Sequence record: KT919972.1
DNA: 64,000 nucleotides
Reading direction: 5' to 3' (one strand)
The notes beneath the pieces are model-generated. The model was not told where the DNA came from, ran no database searches, and saw only the letters and a list, made by a program, of their open reading frames with translations. The position numbers and the translations under genes were made by a program. Position 1 is the first letter of the stretch; every line of letters begins with the position of its first letter. Below, in pieces: positions 10,030 to 18,816 of this stretch.

Positions 10030-11316
10030 ATGCAACGTACATTATCAAGTATTACAAATGATGAAGCGTTAGAATACGCAATGTATACAATCGAGAATCG
10101 AGCACTGGCTAATGGGATTGATGGTCTCAAGCCAGTGCATCGTTTTGTATTGTATAACGTCATCAAAGACGCTAGTACGTCTTTTGACAAGGTCGCAGCG
10201 TTGGGAAGCTCAGTATCAAAGATTGGTTACAATCACGGCGAGACAGCAGCACAAGACGCTCTAGCGCGTATGGCAGCAGAGTGGACAAACAACGTACCGA
10301 TTGTACAAGGTCGCGGTAACTTTGGTTCTCGCATGGTTAAAGTGTCTGCGTCTGCTCGTTACGTTTATGCAAAGCTACATGAAAACTTTGACAAATATTT
10401 CAAAGATATTCATCTATCACCTGAACATAAAGACGTTGAGCATGTACCACCTCAGTTCTATGTGCCTGTTGTCCCGATGGTTCTACTGAATGGTATTGAG
10501 GGTATTGCAACTGGTTTTGCGTGTAACATTCTACCGCATGACCCAGAATGGGTTAAGAAAGCAGTTGTTGAATATCTTTCGGGTAAAGAGATTAGCGAAC
10601 CCGTTCTGAAGTTCCCTGAATTTCACGGCAAGATCGTTAAACTCGAACACAACAAATACGCTCAGATCGGCAACTTTGAAGTTAGCGGTTTGACGGTAGT
10701 TGTTACTGAAATCCCGACTGGTTTCGACCACACGAAATATATCAAAGAACTTGACAAGCTCGTAGAACAAGGTAAAATCAGTAGCTACGTTGATGAAACA
10801 GGTGAAACATTTCAGTTTCGTGTTCGATTCAAGCGCGGTGCAAAAATGACCGAAGACTTCGTAATCAAAACTCTGAAACTGCAAAGCACATTTACACAGA
10901 ACATCAACGTCATCGACGAGAATTATCAGATTCGTCATTTTGACGACGCACGAGAACTTGTGAAGTGGTTCGTTGACTTTCGTCTATCATTCTTACCTAA
11001 ACGAATTAAAGACTCTTCAGAGCGCACAGAGAAGCGTTCATCACTAGCGATTGCTAAAGTTGAGTTCATCAAGCGTGTTGTGTCTGGTAAAATTGTTCTA
11101 TTCGGTAAGAAGCGTGCTGAAGTAGCAGCAGAGCTTAAAGCAGAAGACGCATTTAAAGATCATGTCAACGATCTTCTAAATATGTCGGTTGATAAAATGA
11201 CCGACGACGAGATTGCACGTCTTGAGAAAGATGCAGCAGCAGCACAAAAAGAACTCTTATATTGGAAGAAAACAACTCCACATAAAGAGTTTATCAAAGA
11301 CTTAAAGGCAATATAA
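10030..11316 (+). CDS. gp52: DNA topoisomerase II, GyrA/ParC-like subunit (T4 gp52)
   Basis: DGLKPVHR, YNHGE, GNFGS, SARY catalytic Tyr, NGIEGIATG. Confidence 0.95.
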   Translation: MQRTLSSITNDEALEYAMYTIENRALANGIDGLKPVHRFVLYNVIKDASTSFDKVAALGSSVSKIGYNHGETAAQDALARMAAEWTNNVPIVQGRGNFGSRMVKVSASARYVYAKLHENFDKYFKDIHLSPEHKDVEHVPPQFYVPVVPMVLLNGIEGIATGFACNILPHDPEWVKKAVVEYLSGKEISEPVLKFPEFHGKIVKLEHNKYAQIGNFEVSGLTVVVTEIPTGFDHTKYIKELDKLVEQGKISSYVDETGETFQFRVRFKRGAKMTEDFVIKTLKLQSTFTQNINVIDENYQIRHFDDARELVKWFVDFRLSFLPKRIKDSSERTEKRSSLAIAKVEFIKRVVSGKIVLFGKKRAEVAAELKAEDAFKDHVNDLLNMSVDKMTDDEIARLEKDAAAAQKELLYWKKTTPHKEFIKDLKAI

Positions 11317-11558
11317 TGAACATTATAGTCGAAAACGGCAACATTCAGCCGAACGACCAAGCGACATTATTTGCGGACGAAGAAGTTGTGAGAGTGCCTA
11401 GCACTTTCACACTTACTGACTTAGTTTGTCATCTTGGTCTATACAAATCAAAATCACAAGCCAGACAAGCGAAACGTGTTGGTGAAATCCCTCACGGTTA
11501 CAATGAATTCAAAGGCAATAAGAAAACGCCTTTGTACGTCTGGAACCCAACAGAGTAA
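11316..11558 (+). CDS. small protein with an S4-like RNA-binding motif
   Basis: LTDLVCHLGLYKSKSQARQ resembles the S4-type helix pair at the TyrRS C-terminus. Confidence 0.5.
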   Translation: MNIIVENGNIQPNDQATLFADEEVVRVPSTFTLTDLVCHLGLYKSKSQARQAKRVGEIPHGYNEFKGNKKTPLYVWNPTE

Positions 11559-11566
11559 GGTAATAT

Positions 11567-12451
11567 ATGCAGGTACGATGGACAGAAATGTTTTACAGCG
11601 TTCAAGGTGAAGGCAAATACACTGGTCAAGCTAGTTTATTCTTTCGGTTCTGGGGTTGTAATTTAGAATGTCACGGCTTCGGTCAAGAAGACCCGACGAA
11701 CAAAGACACATGGGTTTTAGATTTCAAAGATTACGACCCGAAAGCAAACAACGTGACTTCAGTTGAAGATCTACCTGTATGGACTCGTGGTTGTGACTCT
11801 TCATACACGTGGGCTAAAAAGTATGCTCATCTTGCTTCTAAGTCTGAAGTACCAGACGTTTGCGAAGCAATGCTTGACAAACTGCCTAATCGAGAATGGG
11901 GAGAAATTCATTGGGTAATTACGGGCGGTGAGCCTATGATGAACCAATCACAGATCATCGAAATGATGAATTACTTCATCGAAATCGACAATTACCCAAA
12001 ACATATCACGATTGAAACAAACGGTACGCGAGATCTCAAGCCCGAATTTTCAGAACGTTGGGCATTGATTCAATGGAAAGCTCGTTCTGAGAAACCACAG
12101 TTGAGCTTCAGTGTATCGTTTAAGTTATTCAACGTAACAGGTGAAGTTGCAGAGAAAGCAATTAAGCCTAAAGTTGTTAACAAATATGCACGCATCGCAG
12201 ACGTTTGGTTGAAACCAGTTGTCGTAGACAAGGAAGCGTGTTGGGACGAGCTTGATACAACAATTGCGTTGTATAAAGTAGAAAACAACTTACACAATGT
12301 TCCAGTGTATATCATGCCATGTGGTGCTACTCAAGAAGAGCAAGAGCAAGATGGTTATATGGCTTCAATTGCAGGGAAAGCATTGGAGCGTGGTTACAAC
12401 GTTTCTGTTCGTGTACACGTATGGATTTGGGGTAACGCGGTGGGCACATAA
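11567..12451 (+). CDS. queE: 7-carboxy-7-deazaguanine synthase (radical SAM)
   Basis: EMFYSVQGEG, GCNLEC...CDS (CxxxC + displaced third Cys), VITGGEP, IETNGT, VRVHVWIWG. Confidence 0.9.
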   Translation: MQVRWTEMFYSVQGEGKYTGQASLFFRFWGCNLECHGFGQEDPTNKDTWVLDFKDYDPKANNVTSVEDLPVWTRGCDSSYTWAKKYAHLASKSEVPDVCEAMLDKLPNREWGEIHWVITGGEPMMNQSQIIEMMNYFIEIDNYPKHITIETNGTRDLKPEFSERWALIQWKARSEKPQLSFSVSFKLFNVTGEVAEKAIKPKVVNKYARIADVWLKPVVVDKEACWDELDTTIALYKVENNLHNVPVYIMPCGATQEEQEQDGYMASIAGKALERGYNVSVRVHVWIWGNAVGT

Positions 12452-12486
12452 GTGCCCTTTCATTCCCTTTAAAGTGAGAAATTAAT

Positions 12487-12741
12487 ATGATTCTTTTTGG
12501 TCACGTAGTTGGTACTATCGGTATGATTCTAATCTGTCTGGCATTCTGGATGGTGACGAGTGAGAAATATAAGCCTACTGATAATAAGTACTTGTGGACT
12601 AATATGTCGGGTGCTATACTACTTACGATTAGTTTACTAATCAACTTCAACCTAGGTAGCTTCATGATTGAGCTATTCTGGATTTACATCAGTGGTACCG
12701 CACTGTATAAGAACTACAAAAAGACGAAAACAGCTAAATAG
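12487..12741 (+). CDS. small three-helix membrane protein
   Basis: three hydrophobic segments, YLWTNMSGAILL pattern. Confidence 0.7.
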   Translation: MILFGHVVGTIGMILICLAFWMVTSEKYKPTDNKYLWTNMSGAILLTISLLINFNLGSFMIELFWIYISGTALYKNYKKTKTAK

Positions 12742-12806
12742 TAGTTGATAAAAATGTCGATTCGTGTATAATTAATTGCGAATCGACATATAAAATGGAG
12801 AATCTA

Positions 12807-12962
12807 ATGTCTAAAAATAAAGAGAACAACAAACCTCAAAACTTTGTTGCGAAGCACATGAACACTTTCAATCACGCTTCTGTTGAAGAAGATCGAAAGA
12901 AAAAATCGAAACGTTTGACTAAGCGCAAGATGAAACATAAAGGGAAAGCCTATGATGAATAA
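12807..12962 (+). CDS. small basic protein (not in the ORF track)
   Basis: GGAG SD; MSKNKENNKPQNFVAKHMNTFNHASVEEDRKKKSKRLTKRKMKHKGKAYDE* (51 aa), stop overlaps the next start. Confidence 0.7.
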   Translation: MSKNKENNKPQNFVAKHMNTFNHASVEEDRKKKSKRLTKRKMKHKGKAYDE

Positions 12963-13251
12963 TGTTTTAGCTGGTATACCCATGCCACCCCAAAAGCCCA
13001 AGTTCATACCCGAGTCCGACGATCATCAATTCTTTCATGATTGTGAAGGGTTCGATTGGTATCATGAATTCAGTGATTCTCACTCGAAGTGGGAACAGGG
13101 ACGAAAGAATTTGCGAATATTGAAATCTAGAATTTGCAATGAACGTCGTAATGAAATCTTTGATGCGTGGTGTAAGTACATGTTCAGTGGACCGAATTTC
13201 GGTACTGAGCAACTACCTCGACCAACTTGGGATGACTTTAAAGATGCATAA
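12952..13251 (+). CDS. hypothetical protein
   Basis: 99-aa ORF in a translationally coupled run. Confidence 0.7.
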   Translation: MMNNVLAGIPMPPQKPKFIPESDDHQFFHDCEGFDWYHEFSDSHSKWEQGRKNLRILKSRICNERRNEIFDAWCKYMFSGPNFGTEQLPRPTWDDFKDA

Positions 13252-13513
13252 AGATGTGCTCGGCAACGTTATTGAAATGAAAGATATTGTGTTTCGTCTT
13301 TCAAAAGAACGATTGTGCGTCGAGCCATGCATAGTCACGGGTTTTACGCAGTACAAAGTGCTGTTAAATGATGGTCTACAATGCGACCCAAATCGCGTCG
13401 TTGTTGTGACTGAACAGATTCAAAATAACGGTATCGACTTGTGGTCAAACACGCTCGAATACAAATATCGTGAATACATTATCAAAGGCTATAAACGCCT
13501 ACAACAGAAGTGA
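13244..13513 (+). CDS. hypothetical protein
   Basis: likely start MHKDVLG overlapping the previous stop. Confidence 0.65.
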   Translation: MHKDVLGNVIEMKDIVFRLSKERLCVEPCIVTGFTQYKVLLNDGLQCDPNRVVVVTEQIQNNGIDLWSNTLEYKYREYIIKGYKRLQQK

Positions 13514-13520
13514 GAAAAAC

Positions 13521-13793
13521 ATGACATTCTTTCAAAAACTAGTAGCAATCTTTACAAATACTCCACGTCCAACTGAAGACATTCTTGACGACATGAATCA
13601 AAAAGCAAATGAGCTTCGCGCACGTGCTCAGTTCGATCAAGAACAGATTGAAGCAAACGAAGCGGAAGAGCGTCGTGCCCGTGAAGAAGTTGAGCGCCGC
13701 GCACAAGAGCTTGCAGCACAGAACAACGTACATGCACAGTCTAAAGAACGCGCCGAACGAGTTGCGAAGCGAGTTGAAGAATTCACCTCGTAA
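13521..13793 (+). CDS. coiled-coil hypothetical protein
   Basis: GAG SD before MTFFQK; E/R/A-rich heptads. Confidence 0.7.
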   Translation: MTFFQKLVAIFTNTPRPTEDILDDMNQKANELRARAQFDQEQIEANEAEERRAREEVERRAQELAAQNNVHAQSKERAERVAKRVEEFTS

Positions 13794-13809
13794 ACGATGA
13801 CAGTTTCAT

Positions 13810-13834
13810 AAAGCCCCTTAATTGGGGCTTTTTT
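13810..13834 (+). terminator. Rho-independent terminator
   Basis: AAAGCCCC-TTAATT-GGGGCTTTTTT. Confidence 0.85.
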
Positions 13835-13870
13835 GTGTCTGACATAAATACAAGTAAAATGAGGTATTGT

Positions 13871-14980
13871 ATGAAAAATCTAAAATCTTTTATGGAAGAA
13901 CTTCAGTTAGTCACTGAGGTTTTTATTCGCGGCGGGCGACCACGAAACGGCTCAAAAGTACTTGCTAACGGTAAGAATATTTGGGTATGGAATAACGATA
14001 GAGAGTTTGAACGTCTAGTGTCATTCATCAATCGCGAGTTAGGCACTGACTTCGAGGAAGAATACGATCTAGACGAATGGTATAGAGAAGGCGCACAAGC
14101 GGTATACGCGACGATTGAGAACGGCAGACTAGATATGTTCGGGGATTCTGCTTACCGACCGTCTGTAACGTCTGACACGCTTCGTAAGACGATCAAAGCA
14201 CTTAATCTAAACGGTGTAACTCGTCGCACGCAATCATTTAACCCTGATTACGATGAAGTTGAGCACGATTTCGAAACAGATCGATATGAATTCAACAAGA
14301 AACTGTCACAAAAGACGTTTTATCATGGCACATCGACAGCATACATCGAATCAATGTTGAAGTTTGGTCTGAAGCCGAACCCAGGCGAAACTCAATTTGA
14401 TAATATTGAACATGCTGATAAAGTATTCATTACGACTGAACTTGATAAAGCAATGTTTCATGCGACACACTCAGCGAACCGAAACAACTCGTTCCCTGTG
14501 ATAATCGAGATTCGTATACCAGACGAAAGCAAGCTTGTGTCTGATTATGACGTTGTAATTGATGTACTAGGTGCAAATTCAGAAGAAGCAAGCGAACTCG
14601 GTTATGCTGACATATTCTATCAATTACCACATCAACGCGGAGACGGGACGAAGTATCACAAAGATGATATTGAAAGTCGATTCGGCAAACGTCTGGGTGG
14701 GTTGAGTACTCGCATAGGTGTATTCGGGTACAAAGGTCGAATTCCTGCAAGTCATTTCAATTTCATCTACGCTGACGGTGACGTAATTGAAGAATCAATG
14801 CCAGAAATGTATTGGGAAATGGACGGCGAATTTGATATGGCAGAAATGCGCACTGAAACGGTAAACCATCGTTCGTTCGATTACTGGGACCAGTACAAGC
14901 CAGAGAAATTCATTGCTCACTTTGAAGAACTGTGGGATGACCTCGCAGATGAATTCGAAGACGAAGATGACGACTACTAA
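13871..14980 (+). CDS. late protein with an ADP-ribosyltransferase-fold (H-G-T type) domain
   Basis: FYHGTS...GL...VFITT...AMFHA...VIIEIRI; GAGG SD; CATAAATA late promoter at 13843-13850; N-terminus MKNLKSFMEE resembles a capsid-targeting sequence. Confidence 0.65.
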   Translation: MKNLKSFMEELQLVTEVFIRGGRPRNGSKVLANGKNIWVWNNDREFERLVSFINRELGTDFEEEYDLDEWYREGAQAVYATIENGRLDMFGDSAYRPSVTSDTLRKTIKALNLNGVTRRTQSFNPDYDEVEHDFETDRYEFNKKLSQKTFYHGTSTAYIESMLKFGLKPNPGETQFDNIEHADKVFITTELDKAMFHATHSANRNNSFPVIIEIRIPDESKLVSDYDVVIDVLGANSEEASELGYADIFYQLPHQRGDGTKYHKDDIESRFGKRLGGLSTRIGVFGYKGRIPASHFNFIYADGDVIEESMPEMYWEMDGEFDMAEMRTETVNHRSFDYWDQYKPEKFIAHFEELWDDLADEFEDEDDDY

Positions 14981-14986
14981 ATACTA

Positions 14987-15010
14987 GGGAGCAATAACGC
15001 TCCCTTTTTT
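14987..15010 (+). terminator. terminator-like hairpin
   Basis: GGGAGC-AATAAC-GCTCCC-TTTTTT. Confidence 0.7.
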
Positions 15011-15021
15011 AGGACTGAATC

Positions 15022-15507
15022 ATGTATAAATGTAAACACTTTAAAATTCAAGAACTCGTGACACCTCAAATGTATAGAAATTGGGGTGAAAAATGTTGGA
15101 CACTTTTTGATGACCGTCTATTACGCACGCTAGACGCTCTCAGAGAACGATTCGGTCCCTGCACCATAAACGATTGGAGTTGGGGCGGTTCGTTTGATGA
15201 CAGCGGTATGAGAGACGAGAACTTCTATGGTTCCGCTCAAAAATATCTTGCTAGTCGTTCTCAGCACAAATACGGTCGTGCGGCTGATTGTAAATTCAGA
15301 GATATTGCTGCTCATGAAGTGCGTAAATACATCTTAGAGAACCCAGATGAATTCCCATACGTGAAATTCATTGAATGTGGACCGTTGAAGAGTGGTAATG
15401 CGATGACGTGGGTTCACATCGACGTTCGAAACGGCACAGATGTATATTGTTGGTCACCGAAAGAAGGTGTGATTAGTCACAGCGAAGTCATTCGCCGTCA
15501 ACTTTAG
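15022..15507 (+). CDS. peptidase M15 family endolysin
   Basis: SQHKYGRAAD and WVHIDVR Zn-binding motifs. Confidence 0.85.
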   Translation: MYKCKHFKIQELVTPQMYRNWGEKCWTLFDDRLLRTLDALRERFGPCTINDWSWGGSFDDSGMRDENFYGSAQKYLASRSQHKYGRAADCKFRDIAAHEVRKYILENPDEFPYVKFIECGPLKSGNAMTWVHIDVRNGTDVYCWSPKEGVISHSEVIRRQL

Positions 15508-15569
15508 TTTAACATCTAGGTTATTGAAGTTACTATAAAATTGTCAACACACAACAAAAGGTCTACTAC

Positions 15570-16274
15570 ATGGGCAAAAAGAAAAAAGAAGAGCGCATTC
15601 AAGAACGTGTTACACTGAAATCTTTCAATCAAGAGCAATATGCAGATGCGATTTGGGAAGAAGTCGGTGAAGACGGTTCGGGTGCGTTTGTATTTGCGAT
15701 TGGGTCTGCGGGTACCGGTAAGACATGGCTTGCTACTACGTTAGGCGCAGACATGTATTCAGCATTCGAATACGCTCAATTCGTTATCTTGAAACCGACA
15801 CTCTCATGCGGTGAAGAACTTGGTTACCTCCCGGGTACACTCGAAGAAAAAATGGAACCATGGATTCAAACAGTAACACAGCCTTTGAAAGACCGCCTAG
15901 GTGATGATAAGTTCAAGTGTGATTGGGGTAAACGCATTCACGCAGAGCCGATTCAATTCGTGCGCGGGAAGACATTTGACAATTGTTTTATCATCGTTGA
16001 TGAAGCTCAGAACTTAACAAAGACTGAAATTCAGACTATTATGACTCGTATCGGTGAGAATACGAAAATGATTTTCTGTGGCGATTTGAAACAAGACGAT
16101 CACAAGATGATTTATCGCACCGGTCAGAAAGAACTCAGTGGTCTAGCGTGGATGGTTAATGAAATTCGTAACCAACAACGTTCAGGCATTGAAATCATCG
16201 AATTCACTAATAAAGACGTAGTACGTTCTGGCGCTTGTAAAATGGCACTAGATATTATCGACAAGGCTCAGTAA
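15570..16274 (+). CDS. phoH: PhoH family ATPase
   Basis: GSAGTGKT, LGYLPG, FVRGKTF, VDEAQN, TRIGEN, GDLKQ, VVRS. Confidence 0.95.
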   Translation: MGKKKKEERIQERVTLKSFNQEQYADAIWEEVGEDGSGAFVFAIGSAGTGKTWLATTLGADMYSAFEYAQFVILKPTLSCGEELGYLPGTLEEKMEPWIQTVTQPLKDRLGDDKFKCDWGKRIHAEPIQFVRGKTFDNCFIIVDEAQNLTKTEIQTIMTRIGENTKMIFCGDLKQDDHKMIYRTGQKELSGLAWMVNEIRNQQRSGIEIIEFTNKDVVRSGACKMALDIIDKAQ

Positions 16275-16582
16275 TGGCAAAACTTATCGACAACCAAACG
16301 GTTAAAATAATCGATGTCGGTAACTTCAACATTCTAGTCAAGCAATGGTATGAACTTGAGACTAAAGAAATAACCGAAAGTCTTCAGCTCGAAGAAGGTG
16401 AGATTGTGAACATCAAGATCTATGATGACGCAACAGTACCTGGTGGCGTGTATTCATTAGTCACTAAGACCTCAAAGCATTACACAACTGCTTTAGGTTC
16501 TATCATTCATGACCGCAACTCGCCTGACTATGATATGAAGAAAGACCGACATAGAGTTCAGATTACATCGAAACTAAATTAA
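16274..16582 (+). CDS. hypothetical protein
   Basis: 102-aa ORF coupled to phoH. Confidence 0.7.
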   Translation: MAKLIDNQTVKIIDVGNFNILVKQWYELETKEITESLQLEEGEIVNIKIYDDATVPGGVYSLVTKTSKHYTTALGSIIHDRNSPDYDMKKDRHRVQITSKLN

Positions 16583-16583
16583 C

Positions 16584-16607
16584 AAAGCGCCTTCGGGCGC
16601 TTTTTTT
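16584..16607 (+). terminator. Rho-independent terminator
   Basis: AAAGCGCC-TTCG-GGCGCTTTTTTT. Confidence 0.9.
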
Positions 16608-16655
16608 GTTTAGAACTAAGAGGTTTTGACATAAAATAGTTAGACGGAGGTGACG

Positions 16656-16856
16656 ATGAAAGAAAATCAACAATTGAAAGTTCGATGTTCAATTCAAATC
16701 GCAGAGCAGTTACAACAGTTGCCCGAATTTCGTGATATGTCAGTTACGAAAATTTTCCACACACTATCTACAAATTATCTCAACAAGAGTGCGTTTCAGC
16801 ACATCGGGGCGATTAATGGAAAGAACAGAAATCATCATTCCTACGAAGAACGTTAG
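16656..16856 (+). CDS. small hypothetical protein
   Basis: strong GGAGG SD before ATG at 16656. Confidence 0.6.
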   Translation: MKENQQLKVRCSIQIAEQLQQLPEFRDMSVTKIFHTLSTNYLNKSAFQHIGAINGKNRNHHSYEER

Positions 16857-17547
16857 GAATGCGGGGTATGAGTTCGAAGTGATCGACACTAGCAAACTTG
16901 ATCACTATCACGTGCGTTGTGTAACAAACACATTGTACGACAATAGAATCAAAGGGTCGAAATTAGACGGGTTTCGCGCAGAGATAACATTAATGGACGC
17001 TGAATCACTCATCTTTTTAAACTCGATGAATCTATATGCTAATTTCACTGAATCAAACAGAGCCAATAACGGCATGAAACGTATCAAATCAGCAAGATAC
17101 GAGCATCATCATTATTATCAACAGCAAGAAGATTGGTTTAAATCAATATTGCGACAGAACAAAATCAAAGTAAAGTACCCGAACGGAGATACACGTGATA
17201 AATTACCGACGTTTTACACGTGCGGTTTACGTCTTTCTAATGTTCGACGTTCAGCCGATAGAGCATGTGCAATGCTAGTTCTCGACGAGAATCAAAAACC
17301 CAAGCTGTACGCATTTGCAATCGGTAAGTTACGGTATGTAGTAGATGCCTATGACAAGACTCAAAACATCAACTGTCCTGCTCAGATCGGGAAGAAAACG
17401 GTTGACGTTATTGAGTGTTTAGACTATAATGATGAAGACGATTGGAATGACGAAAATGAACTCGAAGAAGTTCATAAAAAATGTGTTATTCCAGATGTAT
17501 CTGATTTAGACAAAGTATTAATGTCGCTAGACGAAGAAGAGTTTTAA
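16816..17547 (+). CDS. hypothetical protein
   Basis: likely start MERTEII; acidic C-terminal tail. Confidence 0.7.
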   Translation: MERTEIIIPTKNVRNAGYEFEVIDTSKLDHYHVRCVTNTLYDNRIKGSKLDGFRAEITLMDAESLIFLNSMNLYANFTESNRANNGMKRIKSARYEHHHYYQQQEDWFKSILRQNKIKVKYPNGDTRDKLPTFYTCGLRLSNVRRSADRACAMLVLDENQKPKLYAFAIGKLRYVVDAYDKTQNINCPAQIGKKTVDVIECLDYNDEDDWNDENELEEVHKKCVIPDVSDLDKVLMSLDEEEF

Positions 17548-17552
17548 TTATT

Positions 17553-17852
17553 ATGAATGAAGTATCAACAACAACTTACAAAAGCACAACACAACTAGCT
17601 CTTGACATTGCAGCATATGCATCACTGTTAGTCAAGATGGGATTTGATGAGTGCGTCACAAATCAAAAACTCTTTGTAGAAATGTGTAACGAAGCTGGGT
17701 TTAGAACTACAACTGGTAAAGAATTCACACAGATGTCATTCAGACAGATGTTTGCTCGATTACCGCACGGTACTAAACGCGAAGTTCGCGAAACATTTTC
17801 ATGGGGGAATATCCCTCAAGGTGAATCAATTTTAGAAAGTATCTACGTATAA
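17553..17852 (+). CDS. hypothetical protein
   Basis: 99-aa ORF in an operon. Confidence 0.7.
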   Translation: MNEVSTTTYKSTTQLALDIAAYASLLVKMGFDECVTNQKLFVEMCNEAGFRTTTGKEFTQMSFRQMFARLPHGTKREVRETFSWGNIPQGESILESIYV

Positions 17853-17861
17853 GGTAAAAAT

Positions 17862-18158
17862 ATGGATTTCGGAAATGCACTAATTTCTTTAAAAGCAGGT
17901 CGCAAGATTTCTCGCGAAGGTTGGAATGGTCAAGGTATGTTTATTGTGTTAATGCCAGCACTTTACTTACCGCCGTTTAACACTCAAGATACAATGCGAA
18001 AAGTCAATGATCGCACTGCTAAACATATCGGTGAAGATACACCGTTAGATAGTCAACCGTATATCGCAATGTTTACGGCTGAACAGAAATGGCAACCAGG
18101 GTGGGTAGCATCTCAAGCAGACATTTTAGCTGAAGATTGGGTCGTCCACGACGAATAA
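17862..18158 (+). CDS. DUF2829 / Thoeris anti-defence Tad2-like nucleotide sponge
   Basis: MDFGNAL..LKAG..ISREGWNGQGMF...W.ASQADILAEDW matches the DUF2829/Tad2 signature (F.EAL..LK.G..V.R.GWNG..MF...W.PSQ.D.LAEDW). Confidence 0.85.
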   Translation: MDFGNALISLKAGRKISREGWNGQGMFIVLMPALYLPPFNTQDTMRKVNDRTAKHIGEDTPLDSQPYIAMFTAEQKWQPGWVASQADILAEDWVVHDE

Positions 18159-18161
18159 ACG

Positions 18162-18189
18162 AAAGGAGAGCAAATGCTCTCCTTTTTTT
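18162..18189. terminator. bidirectional terminator
   Basis: AAAGGAGAGC-AAAT-GCTCTCCTTTTTTT between convergent genes. Confidence 0.85.
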
Positions 18190-18191
18190 GG

Positions 18192-18767
18192 TCACTGTAC
18201 TTTCTTAGTTCGTTTGTCAATCTCATCCACTTTAGTTTCAAGATTATCAATACGATTGTTAAGCATATCACCGTCTTTACCAGTAAAGCGGTCAGACGAA
18301 TCAATGTTTATTAATGTCTCGACTCTGGCTAAATCAGTCTCAATCTTGGAATATCGTGAATGGGTACCATCTATCTTAGATAGAATATCAGTTTGTGAGT
18401 TTTTTAAACTGTTAACTGAATTCACTAGATTTTTGTCGCCCAATTCAGACGTATTCCTCAATGCTCTTACTTCGCTCTCAAGCCTACCATAGTTCACAAG
18501 CACTTCATCTTGTTTCTTAACCAAAAGGGCTTGTGACCCTTCTAAGCTAATCAACTGTTGCGCTTGTGTCGCGTTTGTTAGTTTGATGTCAGTTATTTCT
18601 TGCATGATCTTAGCGTTTTGGGCTACAGCGGTTTTTCCTTGTTCTTGTACAACTTGTAATGCTTCCTGCATTCCGCCGTAGTTTGTCGCCACGCTCATTG
18701 AGGTGATAGCCAGAGGTATAAGAATAGTACCGATAATAGCTAATAACACTTGTGCTATCTTGCTCAT
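18192..18767 (-). CDS. single-TM coiled-coil late protein (possible holin or i-spanin)
   Basis: N-terminal TM segment, long heptad region, canonical TATAAATA late promoter at 18814-18821, downstream of the fibre genes; function is a positional guess. Confidence 0.5.
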   Translation of the reverse strand: MSKIAQVLLAIIGTILIPLAITSMSVATNYGGMQEALQVVQEQGKTAVAQNAKIMQEITDIKLTNATQAQQLISLEGSQALLVKKQDEVLVNYGRLESEVRALRNTSELGDKNLVNSVNSLKNSQTDILSKIDGTHSRYSKIETDLARVETLINIDSSDRFTGKDGDMLNNRIDNLETKVDEIDKRTKKVQ

Positions 18768-18816
18768 AGTATTGGTTCCTATGTTGGTTGTCTTATTCTC
18801 TGACTGTCAGGTGTAT

